This document shows positions 1 to 12,800 of a DNA stretch of 41,180 bases, one piece after another. The notes under the pieces are model-generated. The model searched no databases. It saw only the letters and a list, made by a program, of their open reading frames with translations, and was not told the DNA's origin. Origin of the DNA: Proteromonas lacertae (Eukaryota). The stretch covers positions 1-41,180 of the forward strand of contig NGBS01001209.1 of the NCBI GenBank assembly GCA_002245135.1, in the 5' to 3' direction. Position 1 is the first letter of the stretch, and the number at the start of each line of letters is the position of its first letter. The position numbers and the translations under genes were made by a program.

Positions 1-405
1 TTACTTTCTTAATTAGGTCTGGAACACAATCCACTATCATCTTAAAATCACTATGGTATAAACTCATCATAGGATCTGAGACTTTTAGACATGTTAATAA
101 TGAAAATTAATAATAATGCCAGCGTCAAAAATTACTAAGTATATATAATGAAAAATAACCATGGATATGTGGATTTATTTGATAGAATTTTATATATTTT
201 ATATATAGGTACAAAGAATTCAAACGGTCAAAAAACAATAGGGTAAAATGGCACACTGCTAATTAGTTTTACTGATAATTAGCTCAACATTCCATCGTTG
301 AAAAATATATATTACAATCAAACAAACCACTATATATCTCCTTTCTATCTAATTATTAATAACAAAAATTAAAATAAATATATCCGTTTCATAATTTTTG
401 AATAA

Positions 406-2998
406 ATGTGGGAGTTCTTTCCTCTTTAACAGAGGATCTTCGAAGTGCTGTTGTAGAAGATCTATCAGAAAGAGTATATAAAAAGGAAGAGGAAGAAGAA
501 AGCGATGAGAACGATAATACTACAAGATCTGAAGAAATAAGTGAGTATGGAAATTTGGATTTATTTTTAATAGGTATAAAAAGGAAATTAAAAAATTAAA
601 AGAAGAAATATCAAGGTTTGAAGAACATGAAAAAGAACAAGCGAAAGTTACAAGCTACTATTCGTTGATAAAGACAAAGAAATAGCTGAACTGAAAGAAG
701 AAATAGTGAAACATCAGAATGATGAGAATAGAAATGACGAACTAATATCAATAAACAGAAAGTTAGAAGAGAAAAACAAAGAAATTTTATTAAAAAACAA
801 CCAAATTCATCAATTGGAGGTATATATTCACATTAATACTGTGTATATGAATAGAAAGAAATATCAGAATTAAAGAATGAATTATCTTCCTCCAATTACC
901 AACATGAAAATGAAAGAAGCAAGTTTGACATTGAAAAAACACGATTAGAAGGAAGAATAGAGTTGATACAAGATGAAAACAATATAAAGAGGAAATGAAC
1001 AAGAAACTGGAAAGTGAAATACAAAAATTGAAATCTGAACTAGAAGTATAGTAATATATATAATTTATTATGTGAATTAGAAACAAAGGAATAGCAAAGA
1101 TGAAACATTAACCAGTACAGCAGTAACTGCTACAAGTGATAAAAACTGAGGAAGAAGAAGAAGAAGAAGAAGAAAAGGCAGAAGAAAACAATAAAAATAA
1201 AGTAAAACCAGAGAATCTCATAATCTCTACAGAAATCAATAAAAATAATAATAAAGAAGAAGAAGAAGAAATAAAAACTCAATATCAAGAGTTGATTCCA
1301 AATATCATGATTTAGAAAAACAAAACAAGGAATTGCAAATGGAACAAACAATCTCAATAAACAATTGGATTTAAATATATCAGAGATAAAAACAGAATTT
1401 AATTTATGTTTAAAATCAATATATTATTATCTGTCCCAATCAACTACACTTGATGTTAAAAGTTTTCCTTCTTTATTGAATAATAACACTTCAAGTTTAA
1501 ATACATTTTTAGATGAAGTCAAACCTATACAAAACAACAATAATGAATATAAAAAGATATATGATATAATCACTTCACAAAGAGAGTTTAAATATTAAAG
1601 ATTTTGAGAATAAAGAATTGCATGAACAAATATTATTAATATTGAAAGAATACAATGAACAATCAAAGACAATTTCACAATTTCAAAATACATTATCAAG
1701 CACAAATCAAACGCAGAATAAAAATAACAAAATAATTGAGAAACTACAAGTAGATTATGATGTATTATCCAATCAAAATGAAGAGAATTTACAATTAATT
1801 GATAAGTTGAAAAAAGAAAGAGCCAATTTTCAAAACCATATGAATACAATGGAAAGTAGATATAGTAATATTCAAAAAGAATTAAGAGAATCATTAAAGT
1901 ATAAAATATATACATAAAAATGTTATATATATAGAAGAGAAGAAGATATGAATAATGAAAGAATGAAATAACTAAACAAATTCAAACGAGTAAAACAGAA
2001 AAAACAAAATTAGAGAATGAAATAGTAAGTTATAAAGATCAAATTACTTCTTTGAAAGATACAGTATTTAAATTGAAAGAGTCAAACTCTTTATTACAAC
2101 AATCAGTGAAGCAACATGAAGAATATATAGAAAAATCAAATAATGAGAAAATAACTGTATTTGTTTGTTTATTTATTTATTTAGGAGAATGAAGAAATGG
2201 ATCAATTGAAAAAGCAGAATCAATATTAAAGAATGAAAACAACAAACTATCTAAAGAAATTAATGACTTAAACGAAAGAATCAATAAACTCAAAACATAC
2301 GAAAATCAAGTAAAAACAGTAGATCAACAAATAAAACAATCTAAAATTAACAATAAATAGTCAACAGGAAGATATAAGCAGATATAAACAGATGAATAAT
2401 AACTTAGCTATGACATTAGAAAAAAGAGATAAAGATGTAGAAAAATTAGATATATTAATCAGAGAAGAAAGAGATAAATATGAAAAGAAATGTGATGAAT
2501 TGAAACAAAGTGTATTTATCAATTATCTAATTATATATATATATATATATATATAGATAAGTGCTGAAATACAAAAAACAGTTGAAGGATTGACTAATGG
2601 TTATAAATTTGACATTAAAAGAATGGAAATCACAATTCAGAATTTACAGCATGATAATGGTAAAATTGATCTTGAGAATAAGAAGCTGAAACAACAGATT
2701 CAAGAGTTGAATAGTCATATATTCAACGTAAGTGGTGATGCTGTGATTGAAAAAACAATTATGAAACAAATCATCTTAACGTATTTTACTAAGTCAAATA
2801 AGAGAGATGTTTTGTCTTTAATTGCTTCAATTTTGGTATAATTTAATCTATCTATTTTAGAATATGGATACTGAAGATAAAATTGCTATCGGATTGATTG
2901 CTAGACCTATAGTAACTAAACCTGTGGGAGAAGGTAAAGCTGCTGGTGTTACAGATATTTTAGCTGATTTGTTGAAAAAAGAAGCAGAAGGACATTGA
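406..2998 (+). CDS. Coiled-coil golgin with C-terminal GRAB domain (GMAP-210/TRIP11/Rud3-like); multi-intron, 5' half frameshifted in this sequence
   Basis: Long E/K/Q heptad ORF fragments. C-terminus spliced via GTATAA..TTTAG reads DAVIEKTIMKQIILTYFTKSNKRDVLSLIASILNMDTEDKIAIGL, a GRAB pattern. Stop TGA 2996-2998. Several homopolymer indels break the frame in ~406-2400. Confidence 0.7.
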
Positions 2999-3130
2999 AT
3001 TAGTTTGTCTTAAGCTTATTAGAGCTAATTTAATATGTTTTTTGCTTTTTATATTTTGTTACTGTTGAATAAAATAGAAAATTAAAAATTGGTTTGATTC
3101 TAGGTTTGATCTAGTTGAAAAGAAAAAGAA

Positions 3131-3632
3131 ATGGAGTGTTTTATAGGGTATTTTAATTTCTTTAGTATGTTAATTTAGTTGTATTATTGCTATTGATGAT
3201 TGTATCTTGTTTGTTAAGAAGAAGGGAGAAGAAAACTGGATGATTCCTCTAGGTAAGCAGGAAGGAGATGCCGATGCAGAGACAGCAGGTCAAAGAATAG
3301 CCCGTGATATTGCAGGAGTATGAATTGTTATATTTGCTTTCTAGGTTGAATGTGATATTGTTGATAGTTTAAAGCAATACAAGTTTGATAAAAACGATAA
3401 ATACAAGTATCAAAACCAAACTTGGCAAATAGTTTTACTTCAAAGAAACAAAGAACTAAAAGATTATAAAGAAAGTGAGAACTATGAAAGAAAATGGCTT
3501 AAATTGGAAGATGCTTATACTGAAACAAAAGATCTAGTTGAATTAAACTCAATAGTGAAGGATCTTCAAGAACATCCATATTTTCATACACCAACATGCG
3601 ATGAACAGCCAAGTAAATGTTTAATACAATAA
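3131..3632 (+). CDS. Nudix-fold protein (DIPP-like) with degenerate Nudix box and C-terminal CaaX (CLIQ); 2 introns; missed by the ORF track
   Basis: Spliced translation MECFIGCIIAIDDCILFVKKKGEENWMIPLGKQEGDADAETAGQRIARDIAGVEC...ERKWLKLEDA...SKCLIQ*. Introns GTATTT..TTAG and GTATGA..CTAG. Confidence 0.75.
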
Positions 3633-3827
3633 TAAAATACAAATATTATTAAATTCTATATTGATATCTGTTGTTTGAGGAGATTTATCAAATTTTTGAA
3701 TTAATATTACTGTAATTATAATTTCTCTTGTATTAAATTTTGCTAATCATTAAAATGAACATATGTTATATTTTGTACAGCATAACATAAATAATAATAT
3801 AATAATTTGATATATAATAAATCTAAT

Positions 3828-6800
3828 TTAAAAAGGTTCTTCCACCTCAGAACAAGCTACTCCACTAAAACCATCAAAACAATTACATATTCCACTCTTT
3901 GTATCACAAATTCCATTATTACTACATTCAGATGATCTTTGAGTATAATCCATTTCATATTTAAATATTCCATTCTCTGTATCAAGAATCTCACTTTTAT
4001 TTGGATTTATCCAATGATAATATCCATTCTTTTTATCTTTCAATTCAGCAATCTCTTTTATTTCTTTACTTCCGATTATTTCTAATGGATATTGTCTTCC
4101 TGTTTGATATTTTGAAAATATAATATGAATTGTTATTATATTATTATTTTCTGCAATTGTTAAATCTTCTATAGATATAGCATCTGGAGGTAATGATCCT
4201 AAAGCATTTAACCAATCTTCTCTTGAAGTAAAACTAAAACTCTTTGTAAACCATATTCGATTAAATGGATCTGTATATTTCACATATATCTTATCATTTT
4301 TAATTGAAACTGTTGATTGTTGAGTATAGGTTATTGTTATTTCACTTTGAGCAACAGAATCACATTCACTATCAGTTAAATAACCATATGGACATTTACG
4401 AATTGAACAATCAACTCCTCGATATTCTTTATCACAAACACATACTTGAATTGAATCTTTATCCCATTTGTCATATTTCTTCACAAAATTTATATCATAA
4501 TTGCCATTCTCTTTGTTTAATTCTGCTTCACTTAATATCATACAAACACCATGATTTGAACATTGATTTGGACATTTCGTTCTTTGACAAGCATTTCCTT
4601 CAAATCCATCAAAACATTCACATATACCTTTGGTAGTATTACATTTTCCTTGATTCGAACATTCATAATATAATCTATTATCTTTATCATAGTCATTTGA
4701 TGGATTAGAAATTGGACTTCCATATGGACAATTTCGATATCTACAATCAAATGAAGTAAAACCAGGATAGCATCGACATTCTCCATATACACATACTCCA
4801 TGTTTTCTACATTTCTTTGGACATACTAATTTACTAGATGATAAATATATTGGATCTTTTGATAATGTCAATATACTTTTTTCTTTTGGTAATTTACATG
4901 GACTATAAGATAAACCATCATAACATATTCCATTATATCCTTCACAAGTTGTTTTACATAATGAATTACAGAAATCATTTCCTTGAGCTTCAAGAGTTAC
5001 AAATACACCACCTGACATTAAAGCTCCAGATCCACCACAATAATTATATTCTGTTGGAGATAATACTCTTTTTGGAGGAATATATGGATATTTTCCTTTT
5101 GATTGATAATACATTTGTGGAGAAATACAAAAGAATTCACTACTACTATTACATGATTCTATATAAGCCATTGTATAATCTAATTTATAAGAGTCAAATT
5201 TGGCTATATTTGTTCCAAATATAAATCCAATATTTGGAGATTCTTCTATTTCATCATTTCCATTTCTAAATATGAATGTATTATGACCAATTGGCATTTG
5301 AATTGAGGAATTTGTTATGGTTATTGTATCTTTTTCACTTATTTCACCTATTCTTCCTATCATTCCACCAAAATTAGTATTTACAGTTGTTGTATTTATT
5401 TCTATTCCCATTGTTATGAAAATAGCCCAACTATTGTCAATATTCACTTTACATTTGTTGGAATCACCAATAAAACTTCCATATACAAATTCTTTTTGAT
5501 CTTTATCCACTCCAATTCTTAAACCATCTTCAATATAAACAAATGATTCTATTATTTTCATTTCACCATTATCAATCAATGAACCAATTAATCCACCAAA
5601 TATCATACTTTGATACAATAGAATATTATTCACTTGAATATAAGATTTATCTATTTCACAACTTCCTTCACATTTGCCTATTAATCCACCAAATGTACTA
5701 CTTTCACCTGTTTTCTTTTTACCATTATTTATCACTGTTATTATATCACCAAATACAAAACAATCTATCATTCTTATATCATTTCCAACACCAACTATCA
5801 TTCCGAATATATTTGAATCTTTATTTTCTATTGCCATTGTTCTAATATTATCTTTATAAAACTCTATCACAATATTCTCAAATGTCACATTTTTACTTTC
5901 ACCACTGATTAATCCATTAAATGTTGGATTAGAATTACAATCAAATCGAATATTGTTTAAGAATTTTAATTTTATATTCTTTAATATTGAATTCTTTAAT
6001 GAACCAAATATTCCACATTCTCTTATTACTATCTCATTAGATGCTTCTTTTATATAAATATTGATTTCAGCATTTTCAATTATCACATTATTCAAATCAC
6101 CAAATAATCTCATTGAATATTTATTTTTCTCTTCTTCATTCAATAATCTTTCTCTTGATTTATATATTGAAAATTGTAAATTCAATTTGTTATTACCAAA
6201 ATCTATTCTTATATCATTTTTGATTGTTGGTATTTCATATTTTTCCATTATCATTGAATAAGATTGACTAAATGAAATTATTTTATTCTTTGTTTCTGCT
6301 AAGAATTTGGAAGTAAATTCAGATGTTAAGGATTCTGTTGCAAATGGAATTGAATTTAAATTGATTGCTTTATCTTTTCGAATTGTATTTTCAATATTTA
6401 TGTGATTCTTTATTGAAGGTTTGAAATTCAATTCTTTTGCTTCTTCATTCACATTTTGAACTGTAGAGATTGAATCTGTTATTATTTTGTTTATTGTTTC
6501 TACTATATCAACATGATAAGATGGTAATTCAGTTAATATTAAAGGAGGAGGAGGAAGTGTTGGTTGGAATTTATGTTCAATTGTTATTGTGAAACTCATA
6601 CACTTATTCTTCAATTCTTCATATCCACTAAAATAATAATCCAAACATATTTCTTCTGTTTTATTATAATATTGATTAGTTGTGGAAATTTTACTTATTG
6701 AAATTTCAATTTTACTATAAGTATTATCGATTTCATGATTGATTTCAACATTATTATTTAAACTCATTATTTCAGATTTTCCTTTCAAACTGGTTGCATT

Positions 6801-9800
6801 ACATGTAATATCATTAAATATCAAATAGAATTGAGAATTTTCTTGAATTATTCCTTCTGGTTCTGTTTTTATAACAGCTTCTTTACTAATATCAATTATA
6901 TCCATTGGAATTATTATTGTCTTTTCATTAGATGTTATTTTCAATTCAATATGATTTGACATTTTAGTTAAACAATCTTCTGATTCTTTTGCTATTTTTA
7001 TTGATTCTAATGTATTTATTTTCAGTGTGATTGAATCTTTATCCAACTTAAAACATGTAGATATAACATCAATCGATATTTTATTCTCATTTTCTTTTGA
7101 TAATAAATGAAGATTAAATCCATCAGCAGGAATGTAATCTTTGTATATTCTTGATAATGGAATATCACTCAAATAGAATATATCATTTGATTTGCTATAT
7201 TTTGGCTTATTATTTTCATCAAATGATATATCTACATTCTCTAATATTCCATATTCATCAATTATTTTACTTCCATCAAATCGAGGTAATTTGGAATAAA
7301 AAAATCTATCATTCTTCACATAAAATCCATTCAAATATTTGTATGGTTTTTCCTTTATATCAGATGTTTCATCAACTAATTGGATCTTTTCACTTTTAAA
7401 TGCTTTAACTACTGTAATCGTGCTGGGTGTTTGAATAATTGTATTTTTAATTGTATTTGGTTCTGCACAATCATACTCTTGCTTAATATCTAAAAATTCA
7501 CCATTTAATGTTAAACCTTCATCCATAGTAACTGAAGTATAAACATTATTAAATATTGAATCTGACCTTGTGTATTTTGCTAACATATATATAATAACAG
7601 GTTTCCATTCAATATTTTTAGTGAAATGATAATGAATATAACTATTAGTAACTATCACATCTCCTATACCTACTTTATCTTCAAACATTCCTCTAAATCC
7701 AACTAATTCACTTGCTCCAGTTAAAACACCAACTTTTATATCACTCCAACATTCATCAACTGTTTCTATTCCATTTCCACGACATAAGAATGGACCAAAG
7801 AATAACCAACTTATTCCATCAATATTAACTGATGTTCTTACTATTGCAAAACATCGATAAAACTTTAAATAGGATGATTGGGTTGTAATATGAGCTACTG
7901 TTAAACTATTACTATTTCCATATACTACATTCATATTAAATGTGTTTATATCACTATAACTATAAGATATTGTCAAATTTTCAGATGAACCGAAAAATAA
8001 ACCTTCATGAACTTCATGATTAGGTCCATTTCTTGTTGATATAAAACTATATTCATTTCCTTTTACAAATATTCCACTCACTTCTTTTCCTTCTTCATTC
8101 TTTATTATTCCACTTATTAAACCAAATGTTGATGAATATGTGAAAGTATTTATTAAGATTTTACCTTCAAAATAAATTCCAACATGAATCATTATCATAT
8201 TCTCCATCGAGTTACTTAATAATCCAAATGTTTTATCTTCGTTTTGATTCATTTCCATATCTGAATAGTATTTCAATTCTACATCATATAAATAGCAATT
8301 TGTTAATTTTGAAAATATTCCATTTGCATTTACTTTCAATGTATTTTCAGGTGGTAAAGATCCTATCACAAAATGAAGATGTTTTAAGACTTTTCCATCT
8401 AAATCACCAAATAATTGAATACTCTTTGTATTCCTATATTTTAATGTGATTGTTATTTCTTCATTTTTACCTTCTAATGTATTCCAATGTATAGTCTCTG
8501 GTATTTTCCAATATTTCATATCAACAACATAAGATCTTTCTAATGTAATTGTTTCTTTATTAGATGTTATTAAATTATAGAATGAATAATCTGGTTCTTT
8601 TTCTATCATTAATTTCAATGTAAATGATATACTTCCAGCTTTATTCTTCAATATAATAATTACATCTGTTGATTTAGCTAAATCTTTTGTTGGAATTCCA
8701 CTTATTATACCATTTTCACTATTCAATTTTAAACTATAATCTTCTAATTTGATTGATGATTCATATGAAAATTTGGCATGAACTAAATTATCCCAATCTG
8801 ATGGTTCTATTTTTGTTTCAATTCCTACTGTCAATATATGATAATCATTTTCATATTGTAATTTTGTTGGTTTTGGATATATTACTTCTAGAGTTAATTT
8901 TGTGATATTTTCATATTTATAATTCTTCATTTTCACTTCTATTTCCATATTAAATACAGTGTTTGACTTTCCAGAAAATGTTCCTGTCTTTTCATCAAAT
9001 TGTATTCCATAAGAGTCAAGTGTAGATTTAATTGTAGTATCGACTATTGAAAACTCCTCAATATAATCACTGTATGTAGGAGAAATTGATAATTCATCAT
9101 CTCTAGTAACAACAGTTTTCTCTGGATATTTAAATGAACTTGCACATACTGGTTGAATTATTGTCGTGATAGTATAGTCATATTCTGATTCTTTATAACC
9201 ATTAAACTCAAATATTGCATTTATTTTAAATTCTACATTAGTTGGAATTGTTACTTTTCCTGTGTTAAATTTCATTTTGTATAAATAATTATTCAATTCA
9301 TATTTCATTTCAGTATTTCCACTTACAGTTATTAAATTGTTTGTTGCTTCTTTAAATTCAATATTTGATGGATATGGTAATGAGAACTGAATATAAAATT
9401 CACTCTCTAAATCGATATTCTCTTTTAAATCCGTTTCATATTCTGGTTTTATTTCATCATTTATTATTTCGATTATTTCTGACTTATCATTTATTATTCC
9501 AGTTATATCATAATTACATCTTATATGTGCTTTTGCACTATATGAATCTTTATTCACTGTTTGTGTAATTGAATTAACAGACGAGTCAATACTTGACCAA
9601 CTTTTCACTATTGTTTCTCCTTCTCCATTTATACATTCATTTTCACTTATTGAGACTTTAATCTCTTCATTTCCTTCTTTTAATAATAAATATAATTTGT
9701 AACTATCTGTTATATTCTCTTTATATATCGGGATTAAGCTTATTTCATTTCTATACCAAACTGATTTGCCTTTTGAATAATATGGATAAGAATCTTCATC

Positions 9801-12800
9801 AAATGATATATCTACATTCTCTAATATTCCATATTCATCGATTATTTTACTTCCATCAAATCGAGGTAATTTGGAATAATAGAATCTATCATTCTTCACA
9901 TAAAATCCATTCAAATATATGTATGGTTTTTCTTTTATATCAGAATTTTCATCAATTAATTGGATTTGTACATTATAAAATGATCTAGTGATTTTGATTC
10001 CACTTTTCTGTTGTATTATTGTACTATGAATTTTATTTGGGATTTCTGTTCCTTCATCATCTTGAATATCTCTAATTTGACATGCAAATCTAATTCCTTC
10101 ATCATAAGTAATTGAACTATAGACATTATTCAACGATGATCCTGATTTTGTATATTTAGCTATCATAAAAATCTTTGCATTTCCATCTGTTATACTTTTT
10201 GTAAAATGATAATGAATATAACTATTAGATAATATAACATTCGCATTAACTCCATTATTCTCATACATTCCTCTAAATCCAACTAATTCACTTGCTCCAG
10301 TTAAAACACCAACTTTTATATCACTCCAACATTCATCAACTGTTTCTATTCCATTTCCACGACATAAGAATGGACCAAAGAATGCCCAAAACTTTCCATC
10401 AATATCAGCTACTACTCTTACTATTGCAAAACATCGATAGAATTTCATATAAGAAGATGCTGATGTTGAATGAGCTACAGTCAAACTACTGCTTGTTCCA
10501 CTTATAGCATCAATTTTGAAAGTATTCACATCACTATAACTGTATGAAATAATCAGATTTTCAGATGAGCCAAACATTAAACCATTATGTTGATGTCCAC
10601 TTTCACCACGAGAATAACTATATTCATTTCCTTTTACAAATATTCCACTCACTTCTTTTCCTTCTTCATTCTTTATTATTCCACTTATTAAACCAAATGT
10701 TGATGAATATGTGAAAGTATTTATTAAGATTTTACCTTCAAAATAAATTCCAACATGAATCATAATTACATTTTCCATTGAGTTACTTAATAATCCAAAT
10801 GTTTTATCTTCGTTTTGATTCATTTCCATATCTGAATATAATTTCAATTCTACATCATATAAATAACAATTTCTTATTGTATAAATAATTCCATCATTAG
10901 TAGTTTTAAGTAAAGGATTTTCTTCATTTCCATCATGAGATTCAATTACTAAATGTAAATGTTCAATTGTTTTATCCTCTAATACTCCAAACAAACTCAA
11001 GATATGATGTTCACTTCCTAATTTATAATGTTTCATTGTCACTGTATGATCACCAATTGTTGTTAATTTCTTAAATGATAAATAATCAGGATTTTCCCAT
11101 TTATTCATATCAATTATAAAAGATTTGGTTATTTCAACTATATCAATATTTGACGTTATTAAAGAATAAAATTCTTCATTATTTGATTCTTCTTTTATTT
11201 CAATCTTTATTTTGAAAATTTTACCTGATGGTTGAATATCTATTTCTAATTCATATATCTTTCCTTCTAATACATCAGATGGAATTCTTCCACTAACAAC
11301 ACCTGTTAATGATTCAACTGTTATAAAATCATCAACTGATATTTTATTAAATGTTAATGTAGGTGGATTTACTGATATTTCTGGAGTGATATTTATTTCT
11401 TTACCACTTTGAGTAATATAAACATTTGGATATAAAATACTAACACATTCATCTACAGAGTTAATAAATGATATAGGATTATTATTAACTGAACATAACG
11501 CTTTCCACTTCTTATTTGAATTATTTGGACAGGTCAATTCACCAAATTCACCTGGATATGCTTCTACAAGTTGATTATATACTGTTATTGTACATTTTGC
11601 ATTACACATAGAATCATCAATTACTTCATCCCATAATCCATTATCTAAACACTTTCTACTTTTCAAAGCCTTTGAGTTACCTCCACAACTTGAATAACCA
11701 TTTGTTGTACTAAATACTTTTTCAAACCCATCGTAAGTATAACAAACTGGTAGTGAAATTGAATTTAATATGAATAATCGATATTGAATATAGCATGTCC
11801 ATTCATTTGCATCATAATTAAATGTATCAACAATTACTAATCTGTAACTTTCATATGATTTTCTTACATTTTTTAATGGAAATGTTTTTATTTCAGTGCA
11901 ATAAGATGTTGCACTTAATCCTAAATTGGTATTGGAATATAATTCTTCCCATTCTGGATGATCTTTATCTGTAGCTCCTAATATCTTTATACTTTTAGGA
12001 TGTGTATTAATATTATTTGCACATCCACTTATCTTAAATTCATTAAAATAAAAGGCATTATATCCTTTGAATTTATATGTTATATAGAATGGAAGATAAT
12101 TGTTTTTCTCTTTCCATTTTAATTTAATTCCACAATAATCAGGATTAAGTTCAGTATTTACACTACCCATTGAAAATGTTTTATCTAAATTCGCTATATT
12201 AGTTGCTTTATATCCTTTTTCTGATATAAATTCCATCTCATTTGCTTTTACTGTATTTGTTGTTGTTACTGTACTTATGGTTAATTTCATATACTCTAAT
12301 GTTAAAACAAATGCATCTACACCAACAGAATTACGTTTATGAATTTCTATTCCTATTATATTTCTTCCATTTATTAAAACAGGTAAAGGAATCAGGATTG
12401 TTTCTTCAGTTGCAGAGGTAAATGATGATATATAATTTCCATCAAAATTTCGTTTGAATATTTCATTTCCATTTATATATATAATTAATCCACATTTATA
12501 TGTAATCTTTAACTTGGGTGATCCACTTATCGATATCTCATTGATTGAAAAATAATTTCGATAATATCTAATAGAAGAAGTAAAATCAGGAAATGGTGAA
12601 GATGTCTTTATCCAGCTATTATCTCCTTCTATATATTCATTATTCCAATTAACAGATGATGGTGTAGAATCAGTATATTGCCATTCTTTATTATCATTCT
12701 TTATTAATCCATTATCACATCCATGATCAACTTCAGCTTGAAAATTTCCATTACTTCCACATGTTACTTCTTTATATCCACTTCCACAATAAGCTATTGA

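Noticed and set aside
1..330. Partial minus-strand gene at the window start
   Set aside because: Coding-like, but no consistent frame or family could be established in this error-prone end.
406..2400. Many frameshifts and stops in the golgin as a pseudogene, programmed frameshifting or alternative genetic code
   Set aside because: The lesions are small indels, often in homopolymers, confined to the window ends (also ~41150-41180). This is typical of low-coverage long-read consensus. All other genes read with the standard code.
7215..10875. Diversity-generating retroelement TR/VR pair
   Set aside because: Differences are not adenine-specific and include synonymous changes and an indel; both copies are in-frame coding; no reverse transcriptase is present.
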